This document shows, one piece after another, positions 24,385 to 33,027 of a DNA stretch of 64,000 nt (positions are counted from its first letter, which is position 1; each line of letters starts with the position of its first letter). The notes beneath the pieces were generated by a model. The model was not told the origin of the DNA and ran no database searches. It saw nothing but the letters and a program-made list of their open reading frames with translations. The translations under genes were made by a program, and so were the position numbers. This stretch comes from Alloascoidea hylecoeti (Eukaryota), in contig BCKZ01000017.1 of the NCBI GenBank assembly GCA_001600815.1, forward strand, positions 411,970 to 475,969. Reading direction: 5' to 3'.

Positions 24385-25262
24385 ACAGCTGCAGCTTCCC
24401 AGTTGAAAATGAAAANTTTCGGTTGGAATTGATCCCGTCAAAATCTGATTTAATCACATATTCTTTATGATCATAATCACACTCGAGATCATCAACTACA
24501 ATCATTACTATTATGTCATAGCCACCATGAACTGATTATTCTTTTAGCTGCTGTATTATAACCTTTTATTAAAAGCTTAATTATGTGAGTTATTATGTTT
24601 TCTTATGGTGCTAATATACGCGCATTTTGTGCTTGTACCACAATACTGCAGAAACACCACCAAAGTTCAACTTATTGGTAATTTTACTCCCGTATCTTCT
24701 TAGATTTATCTAGTAGTTTAATAGAATTTTTAGGATGGGCAAAGCCATTATATTTTTTAAAAAGCATTGGCTGTACCTATAGGAGGAGATTTAGAAATCA
24801 GTACCTATGTGTAAAAGAAACGGAATATCAATTTATTTGGGCCAGTGCTAAACATAGCTTTCGTTAATAATAAAAAAAAGACACGATCCATTTGAATTTA
24901 ATTATGACTCCAACTTCAATGCATGTTGGAGCAAATAATTTATATAGTTTTATAGTCTATAGAATCTATACTAATCCTATTAAGTTGGCTGTATTAATTG
25001 AATTATAAAACTCTACAATTGATAGAAACCTAAATTAATTACATTATTTTCATTCATTATTATTCAGACAGCATAACTTACTAAAAAAATTATAAAAGCT
25101 GAATACAAAACTTAAAAAGAACTTCAAAAAACTTAAAAAAAAATTAAAAAAATTAAAAAAAGCTTACATTTTTAAGGCTCTTCATTGAAAGTTCAACCAC
25201 AATGAAAACCTTTTCAATTATTCATTCATTATACTATCTGTTTATCGTTATGACCATCATCC

Positions 25263-26465
25263 TTATTTATCGGTATCAACAACATATCTACCAATAATTT
25301 GACCAGCTTCCATCAATTCGTAAATCTTTGGTAATTCAGATAATCCAACAACCTTAATTGGACATTTAATTAAGCCTCGACTAAAGAAATCAATAGCTTC
25401 AGCGGAATCGGCTCTGTTACCAACATATGATCCCTTAATTGAAATTGATTTAACAACATGTGAAAAAACTGGGGAAGTAACTTTAGCACCTGCTGGCATA
25501 CCAACTAAGACAACCGAACCTGTTGGTCGAACATATTCACACGAGCTGTTAATAGCTGCTTCAGAAACTGAAACGTTAATAACACCATGTGGACCACCAT
25601 TAGTAGCCTTTATAATCTCAGAAACTGTATCCTTGGTCTTTGTAAAGTCAACGTAATATTCAGCTCCAAGGGATTTACAGAATTCTCCCTTTTCTGCACC
25701 ACCATCAATAGCTAAAACTCTGTAACCCATTGCTTTAGCGTATTGAATGGCAAGGGAACCTAAACCACCACCAGCACCGGAAATGGCAACCCATTCACCT
25801 GCACTTAAACCAGCTGTCTTCAATGCCTTGTAGACAGTAATACCGGCACAAAGAACTGGTGCAATCTCTGCAAGATTGACATTCTTGGGCAATTTAGATG
25901 CATGAATAGCATTGGCTGTAGCATATTGTTGGAAAGAACCATCATGTGTATATCCACTCAACACGGCATCAGGACAATTGGACTCGTTGGACTTTTCGCA
26001 GTATTCACANGATAAACAGGAACCATTTAACCATTTAATGCCAGCATAATCNCCAATCTTCCANTTTTTAACATTTGCACCCATTCCGACAACGACACCG
26101 GCACCTTCATGACCACCAACTAAAGGTAATTTAGTTGCTAAAGGCCAATCACCTTTCCATGCGTGTAAATCAGTATGGCAAACACCGGAGTACTTAACAT
26201 GAATTAAAATCTCATCAGCGGCAGGTGTTGGAACTGGGATATTTTTATATTCCAATGGACCACCATTGGTCTCAAAGATAACTGCCTTTTGAGTTTTTGG
26301 AATATTTTCAGCCATTGAAGCAAATAATCTTCTAGTTCGTAGATTTGTTGTATTCGGATTTCTATATGAGAAAGACCTCTGAAGAGAACACAATAAAGCC
26401 GGTGCAAGGACAGGAGCCTGAGTTTTATATGTTTGTAGTAACGTCCGAGAAATAATAGGAAGCAT
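25263..26465 (-). CDS. ADH3: Mitochondrial alcohol dehydrogenase (Adh3 type)
   Basis: Same ADH core preceded by an Arg/Ser/Leu-rich extension of about 50 aa with no acidic residues ([14 protein letters not shown]...LRTRRLFAS), typical of a mitochondrial presequence. Confidence 0.92.
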   Translation of the reverse strand: MLPIISRTLLQTYKTQAPVLAPALLCSLQRSFSYRNPNTTNLRTRRLFASMAENIPKTQKAVIFETNGGPLEYKNIPVPTPAADEILIHVKYSGVCHTDLHAWKGDWPLATKLPLVGGHEGAGVVVGMGANVKXWKIXDYAGIKWLNGSCLXCEYCEKSNESNCPDAVLSGYTHDGSFQQYATANAIHASKLPKNVNLAEIAPVLCAGITVYKALKTAGLSAGEWVAISGAGGGLGSLAIQYAKAMGYRVLAIDGGAEKGEFCKSLGAEYYVDFTKTKDTVSEIIKATNGGPHGVINVSVSEAAINSSCEYVRPTGSVVLVGMPAGAKVTSPVFSHVVKSISIKGSYVGNRADSAEAIDFFSRGLIKCPIKVVGLSELPKIYELMEAGQIIGRYVVDTDK

Positions 26466-27666
26466 TAGTACTATTATTGTAATGTATTAGTGAAACGTAA
26501 CGTGCTGTTCTAGTCTTATTGTTGCAATAAGTATAAAGTCAAATATGAAATCTGAAATGGATCTGGTGGTGTCTCTTTTATGCAATCTAGGTTTCCTTGT
26601 GGTAATTGAATAAGGACATCGCATAAATGATCTCTTACGTAACCATCTTCTTGTTCCTTAGTCATATGTGACCAATCCGGAAAAACTAGGAGTTGGAAAT
26701 TGCCACTTTGCGGAACTGGATCGCCTATTGCGTCAGCGTTATAACAGGCATAACAACTATTAACAAACTCCTTTTGAGTGACGTGCACCCCCACTCCCCC
26801 ATTCGGCTACTGAGAAAATGGGAACTGTAAGAGCATACATTGCCATACATCCTTCTTGGAAATGTGAAAATAGAATAGAAAGCATTTGTCCCATTAGAGT
26901 AAAAGAAATTGGTATTGTTACATACAAGTATAATCCTCAACAGATTTAACTTGCTTATTTCTGCCAAACAATCGCTGCGAGTCACAAAGATAATTCGTGC
27001 AGTACTATGTAGTTCTTAAAAAATTCATATTGTGAACACATTTGGTTACAGTACCACCTTTGCATAGTAGAGCGAAATATTCTTGATGATATACAAATTT
27101 ATCTACGGGGCGAGTTAAATTAACCGCCAATTTTTTTCACTCATGACCATGAATGACAATTTAAAAGACCTCTACCTAATGATAATAGTAGAGATATAAA
27201 TGGATCAAATGAGTTGGCGTCGAAGTGAACACCAAGTTTGCTTAAATGTTATAAAAACGTTAACTTAAGCCGATATTTGAATGAGACATACGGGATTTCT
27301 TACCCAGACCAAAACTCCGGAAGTTCTTCATCTATTCATCCGGGGTTGTTAAATGCCACCAAAATATATTAAATTAAAGAGTGAATTTCTCTGAAATTCC
27401 CCCTTAAACTGTATATTAAAATTGGATATAAGAAATATTGAGATGAGAGGACTGCAAGCTTTATCAAAATTTTTAAAAAATATCGAGGCTTGAAGGTGGA
27501 GAAAAACGGATGTGTGCCAATGTGTGGGGGTGATTTCTTATATACTAATAAGTATTAACAACCGTTCGTCTGTGAACTTTGCATAAAACTTTATAGGCTT
27601 ACATATGTAATAGGTACTAGGCACAGAATTAGAAATTAGATAATCATCTCTCCTAAACGACACCAA

Positions 27667-28131
27667 ATGCCGGCATTTGAAGGTGATAGAAAATTTATGG
27701 AATTAGCTTTAGAACAAGCTAAAAAATGTGGACCAACAAAAACCGCATTTTCAGTTGGTGCTGTATTAGTTCATAATGGGAATATCTTATCAACCGGATA
27801 TTCTCGCGAATTACCAGGTAATACTCACGCTGAACAATGCGCATTAGAAAAATATTTCAAGAAAACTGGAGACAGAAAAGTACCACCAGGTACTGTAATC
27901 TATACAACTATGGAACCTTGTTCAGAAAGATTAAGTGGAAATTTGCCTTGTACAGATAGGATTTTAGAAACTGATATAATTGCATGTTTTGTGGGTGTTG
28001 TTGAACCAGATACTTTTATTAAGAATAATATCGGATTACAAAAATTAAAAAATAAAGGAGTTCATTATATCAAAATCCCAGGTTATGAGGAAGAATGTCT
28101 CGAAGCAGCCCGAAAAGGGCATGATGATTGA
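27667..28131 (+). CDS. RIB2: Stand-alone DRAP deaminase (C-terminal domain of Rib2; riboflavin pathway)
   Basis: [32 protein letters not shown] and [14 protein letters not shown] Zn-deaminase motifs. No pseudouridine-synthase ORF upstream. Confidence 0.85.
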   Translation: MPAFEGDRKFMELALEQAKKCGPTKTAFSVGAVLVHNGNILSTGYSRELPGNTHAEQCALEKYFKKTGDRKVPPGTVIYTTMEPCSERLSGNLPCTDRILETDIIACFVGVVEPDTFIKNNIGLQKLKNKGVHYIKIPGYEEECLEAARKGHDD

Positions 28132-28602
28132 ATAATCTGTTGATCTAATTATAAAGTTACAGAATGTTCACGATTGCAATTGCATTTTGAATGCAGTGCA
28201 CTCAGTCATTGATATACCTTGATCTTAATACTTTACGCTATACAGATTTATATAAATTAACATTGATCTATTAATACTAATATTGAGTCGCGAGGATTGT
28301 AGGCCTATACATGTAAAATAATTATGGGTTGTAAGTGTAAGGTATCTAGAAGGATTTTGAGGGGAAAAAAGCGTATATCTTAAGGTGATAGATAGGTGCA
28401 AACCGAAAAGAGAAAAAAAATACGCAGTTTCCGAAAACAAATCTCCAAATGTGAAATAAAATTCAAAAAAATAAACCTTATGTACATTTTATAAAGAGTT
28501 GAGTGGTAGTATATTGGAGAAATGTAACGTGAAATATGAATATAGAAACCTAAATACCTAAACGCATACCGAAAAGAAGTTTTCATATTGCTAATTAATA
28601 GA

Positions 28603-29440
28603 TTAAAAGAATATAAATAGATGGTATTTTTCTATTAAATAATTATAAGAATTATCAAGTGAAATTAATAAAGAATTAAAGAGTAATAATGAGTTCTTGG
28701 ATAGCAAGAATTCAATAACTTCTGGGACTTTACTATAACTTATACCTTCTTTTTTTGGCTTCGAAAATGTTTTCATTTCTTCAATCATTTCTTTTATTTA
28801 ATCTTCTGTAATACAAGGAGCGATTCTAACGATTTTCGTTAAGCCAGTGAAGCTCCTTGTCAAAGACGTTTTTATATTTTCAGATAGATCACTGATCAGT
28901 ATGTTATTGAGGCTAATCTGCCGTCAACGGCTAAAAGATTATGAATTGCAGCCACCAATTTTCGAGTCACAACTAATACATCAAATGAAATTAACCTTGG
29001 TAGTAATTAAAATTAGCTGGTATTACGGTTGATTTTATTTGATGTATTAGTTGTGACTCAAAAATTGGTGGCTGCAAATTAGCCTCAGTAAAATCATTCA
29101 GGTTGTCATCTGAAAATTGAGTTAATTTCTTCTTAATCATGTCCTCCATAACTTGGGTCTTTAGTTGCCTCATCTTTTTTTCCCTTGTCATTAAGCAAAC
29201 TCTGATTAACCGCAAGATTTTTTCCATTTATGAGTTTATCAAGTTGTAATTCACCTTTTGGACCTTTTCTATTCTTATCCGGGATGGTTTTCTTATCCTG
29301 TATCTGGTTAATTGCAAGGACAACTGGCAACTGTATTGTTATATCAAAAATAAGATGTGATATTTCTTTTACTTAAGACCAATTTTTTGCTCCTCTAAGT
29401 TATACACCAGCAAAGTTATCCTTTTGAAATTTATCTGATT
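28603..29440 (-). mobile_element. Degenerate ORF relic, possibly a Ty1/copia gag remnant
   Basis: Stop-interrupted protein-like frames: KDNFAGV*LRGAKNWS*VKEISHLIF... and ...LLISLDNSYNYLIEKY, loosely like the gag L-x-G-x-N-[YW] and LL-x-SL-x3-Y motifs. Confidence 0.3.
28946..29077. repeat. 51-bp inverted repeat (28946-28996, 29027-29077) with a 30-nt loop
   Basis: 3 mismatches. The peptide LQPPIFESQLIHQ appears on both strands in the ORF track. Confidence 0.93.
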
Positions 29441-29958
29441 TTGACTCGATTAAGTAAAGCCCCTAAGAAGCTTCATGAAAATATCCACTCGGTAGAAAGA
29501 AGCAAAAAGAATCAAGAACTTGTGATATCCTTTTCTATATTTTTATGCGATCTATCATCTAAGATAACAAAGGTTCTTTCAATCCCCGAGGCAGTTGATC
29601 AATTAAATAATCAAATAGATATTACTTTTTGAGCAAGTGAGAAATCTTTTTTCCTCTTATCATCTCTGAGAACTATGCGAAAAAAGTGGCTCAGTGTAAT
29701 TTCAAACGCGGTTGTCCCTTTTCCCCTTTAAATTCTTTAAATTGAGGGGGTTGAAATGGTGGTTTGCAGCCTTGCACTAGCTGGATACGGTGGATAGTGG
29801 TTGGTTAAAATAAGATTAAGTTTTACAGGTCACATTTTTTCTATGAAATAGACCCATATTGATGTGTATTTAAAGTATTTTTAGAATATCATATTATTCT
29901 ATATTCTATTTCTAATTCTATTAATGTCGTTATGTTTGATATTCATAAACATTTGAAT

Positions 29959-30678
29959 TTATAATTCTTTTGGGACATAAAAAGCTCCTTGTAAAACCAT
30001 CGCTGGTTCCTCAACATTATGATGCTCATAACTTAAAACACCAACACCACCAGTATCCAATAAGAAATTGGGATTTTTGTTAATTGATCGTTTCGTCCAA
30101 CGTCTTGTAAAACATCTTAAAATATGACCATGTGCAACGACCAAAACATCACAAGGAATATCCTCATCAATAGCTAACCTTTGAATATTTTGGATTCTTT
30201 TGACCACCCTATCTAACCTCTCGGTGACTTGCTGAAAGTCTTCACCACTTTCACAACCATCTCTCCAAATGGACCACTCATTGTCTTTGTCCAATCCTTT
30301 TGATTTCCTCATTGCTCTGATTTCCGAGGTCAGCTTTCCTTCGTATTTTCCGTACTCCCATTCTTTTAAATCATCATCGACTATAACCTTAATATTCCCA
30401 TTTTCAACCAAGTGTGAATATTTCTCCAATAATAATTCAACCGTTTGCGTTGCGCGCAATCTCGGAGATACGAAAACATGGGTTAAGGAGCTCGGGCTGA
30501 TTAAATTAATGTTTGGGTCGTCGCCGATTAATTTCGAGCCTACGCGAATCATATGATTGCGGCCATTTGGGGTTAATGGGAGATCGGTGTGGGAAGTGAA
30601 TTGACCGGTTTTAGACCACTCAGTTTCTCCGTGACGGACGAAGACGGTGCGTGGTGTTGGAGAACTGAATTTTGTCAT
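29959..30678 (-). CDS. SHB17: Sedoheptulose-1,7-bisphosphatase (histidine phosphatase family)
   Basis: TPR..FVRHGETEWSKTGQ, SPRLRA, EWEYG.YEG, W.IWRDGCE.GE and AHGH.LR motifs. Confidence 0.9.
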   Translation of the reverse strand: MTKFSSPTPRTVFVRHGETEWSKTGQFTSHTDLPLTPNGRNHMIRVGSKLIGDDPNINLISPSSLTHVFVSPRLRATQTVELLLEKYSHLVENGNIKVIVDDDLKEWEYGKYEGKLTSEIRAMRKSKGLDKDNEWSIWRDGCESGEDFQQVTERLDRVVKRIQNIQRLAIDEDIPCDVLVVAHGHILRCFTRRWTKRSINKNPNFLLDTGGVGVLSYEHHNVEEPAMVLQGAFYVPKEL

Positions 30679-30898
30679 CTCTTAAGATTTATGTTTATAT
30701 ATTTTCTAGTGTATTAATGTTTACAAATTTACTGGCGAAGGTGGTAGGTAAAGAAGCTAAAAAGAGGTGTCTTTGTTTTACCGCCTAAAAATAGCAATAG
30801 AAATATTAGGTACTAAATGAAAACGCCAACTCATCAAAATAAATAATTTTCTTTTCCTAAAGTTTCATCTTCACCGAAATTTTTTTTACAACAAAAGG

Positions 30899-32107
30899 AT
30901 GTTGGAGACCTTTTTGTATAATATAAGACGAAATAGGAGGCTTCAGGGTGTGATTTCCTGTATTGTTCTTTTTTTCATTTTCATCGGTTATAGAAGGTCT
31001 TCTTCGGAGTCGGCCCCTTCAACTTACAGAACCATTGATGAAAATGGTAATACATATACAAGATCCACACCTCCTGCTGACGCGGGTGAACCTGTTAGAC
31101 AGGTCTCGATAATGACTCACTCTTTAGAAACGCCATATACCAATGATCAATTAATCAATAAATGGTTCGACTTTGGAGGTGATACAATGGCGGTAAATGG
31201 CAAACATTTAAGATTAACAGCAGACCGTGCTGCTCAAAGCGGGTTCATTTATTCAAGATTACCTTTCACGGCATCCAGTTTTGTAATTGATTTGGAGTTC
31301 AAAATAAGTGGGAAACCAACAAGTTTATATGGAGACGGCATGGCACTTTGGTTGACTGAAAATAGACAAAAACGTGGCCATGTTTTCGGTTTGGAGGACA
31401 ACTTCAAAGGTCTTGGCATTTTCGTTGATACCTATCGTAACGGTAAAGCTGGTACTACTTTCCCTTATATAATGGCAATGTTAGGAGATGGACAGACTAA
31501 ATACGATAAATGGCAAGATGGGAAAACTAATGAATTAGGCGGTTGCTCTGCAAGAGGTTTATATAATTCCCATGAAAATGCTCATCTTAAAATAACTTAT
31601 ATAAAAGATGGCTTTTTATCTGTTGCTATAAAATATAAACCTGGTCAAGGTTATAAGAATTGTTTCACTTTAAATGATATTCAATTACCGGTTATCCGTT
31701 ACCTCGGATTATCTGCTGAAACAGGTGAATTAAGTGAAAACGTTGATATTATTAAGCTAAATTCTTATTTTTTGTACAATCAAGAAGGTAAACCGATTGA
31801 ATCATCGGAAAATATTGAATCTTGGTTACCAGATGAAGATGAAGATCAAACCAGTAATCAAAATAATAACCAAGAAAATACAAAAAGGCAAAATAGAAAC
31901 GCTCTACGTGAAAAGAAAAAACAACAAGCTAGATTATACAACAAAAAGTATGATAATGAAGGAGGTGGCTGGTTATGGTTTTTTTTCAAATTTATACTTA
32001 TAATTGCAGTACTATTTGGATTTTACGTTGCAGTTGTTTACTTCAGAGTCCAGAAAAAACAAAGAAGTGATGCTTCAAGATATGATTATGGAGAATTAGG
32101 ATTCTAG
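30899..32107 (+). CDS. UIP5: L-type (legume-like) lectin membrane protein, VIP36/Uip5-like
   Basis: WFDFGGD, LRLT, YGDGMALWL, FKGLGIFVDTY.N and YLGLSAETGELS motifs; C-terminal TM; divergent from SHB17 as in S. cerevisiae. Confidence 0.78.
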   Translation: MLETFLYNIRRNRRLQGVISCIVLFFIFIGYRRSSSESAPSTYRTIDENGNTYTRSTPPADAGEPVRQVSIMTHSLETPYTNDQLINKWFDFGGDTMAVNGKHLRLTADRAAQSGFIYSRLPFTASSFVIDLEFKISGKPTSLYGDGMALWLTENRQKRGHVFGLEDNFKGLGIFVDTYRNGKAGTTFPYIMAMLGDGQTKYDKWQDGKTNELGGCSARGLYNSHENAHLKITYIKDGFLSVAIKYKPGQGYKNCFTLNDIQLPVIRYLGLSAETGELSENVDIIKLNSYFLYNQEGKPIESSENIESWLPDEDEDQTSNQNNNQENTKRQNRNALREKKKQQARLYNKKYDNEGGGWLWFFFKFILIIAVLFGFYVAVVYFRVQKKQRSDASRYDYGELGF

Positions 32108-32463
32108 TTTTTGATATATTTATATTCTTTTTTAAATATATTTTTTCCTTTATGTTTTTGTACATATACATTGTGCTTGACGTAATTCTATAATGTAACC
32201 TTATGCCAACTTTTGTAACTTTATGCCAAATTTGTTTACTTGTGTGTGACCAAAATATTCAATTGAAACAATAAGCCAAGCCACATAACTTTAAAGTAGA
32301 GTGTCTGGGTTTTACCAGGTTTCTCGATGCAAAATGTTTTTATTATATAAATCTTTATGTCCTCGTTTTTTTCCCATCTTCTCCCTTTTCTTCATTCTTT
32401 AAAATAATTTATATTTTCACTACAATCATTTTTTTAATAAGCCAAAAATAATTTGATATAAAA

Positions 32464-33027
32464 ATGGGAATGCTAAGAAGTGTATCTCGCAAAAAGCGAA
32501 ATTCAACTAATGGTAGTAATATTCCAATGAATAAAATCAAATTAACAAAGGAAGACCAAAAGCATTTCAAAACTAGATCAGGAGATGTTCATGATCCCGT
32601 TTTATCAGCCATGAATGAAGCCCAACCCTTCGAACAAAACCAGGCAGAATCAAAGCAAGTTTCGATCGGTCAATATGTTTTAAATAATCAAATTGCTGAT
32701 GTTTTTGGTGATACAATCGCAGAACCCGATATAAGTAACCCAACAAGAAGTAGAAATGAAAGACCCTTGGACACAATTAGAAAATTTGAATATGCGATCA
32801 GTGGAGATCTAGGCTACAGGGATCTATTAGAAACTAATAAGTACGGCTTTCAACCAAGGAATGGGTTTATCGCTGGGTTCGATAACCCTTATGGAAGTAC
32901 AAATCATGTCCGTTCTAATCCATCAACTACATTCACCGCCCCTGTTTATCAAGCGCCTCCCATTAACTCGGCTGATGAAAAGAAGAAGAAGAAGAGAAGT
33001 TTCTTCGGAAGAAAGAAGCAAAAATAA
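32464..33027 (+). CDS. DUF2406 family protein (YMR295C/YGR273C-like)
   Basis: DPVL.A..EAQPFEQ and DVFG..I...DISNPTRSRNERPLDTIR.FEYAISGD motifs; basic C-terminus. Confidence 0.85.
   Translation: MGMLRSVSRKKRNSTNGSNIPMNKIKLTKEDQKHFKTRSGDVHDPVLSAMNEAQPFEQNQAESKQVSIGQYVLNNQIADVFGDTIAEPDISNPTRSRNERPLDTIRKFEYAISGDLGYRDLLETNKYGFQPRNGFIAGFDNPYGSTNHVRSNPSTTFTAPVYQAPPINSADEKKKKKRSFFGRKKQK

Larger units (their letters stand above)
22551..24536. repeat. 622-bp inverted repeat (22551-23172, 23915-24536) with a 742-bp unique spacer
   Basis: The arms are reverse complements covering the proximal promoter, MT ORF and 3' region. An N is mirrored at 22671/24416. Confidence 0.96.
18467..26270. repeat. Inverted repeat formed by the two ADH coding regions: 18467-19356 and 25381-26270 (890 bp)
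   Basis: No difference seen on reading between the arms. Ns are mirrored at 18673/26064, 18685/26052 and 18727/26010 (each pair sums to 44737). Confidence 0.93.

Noticed and set aside
22681..24406. 66-aa ORFs MSGLALVQKL... in both arms
   Set aside because: Alternative frames overlapping the MT genes with a GTG start; duplicated only because of the inverted repeat.
19475..25262. Inverted-repeat regional centromere (Komagataella/C. tropicalis type)
   Set aside because: The arms are intact protein-coding genes rather than non-coding repeats; cannot be supported without CENP-A ChIP or Hi-C.
18419..26465. Mating-type flip/flop locus
   Set aside because: No MATa/alpha, SLA2 or other MAT-linked genes are recognisable in the window, and no recombinase or endonuclease gene was seen.
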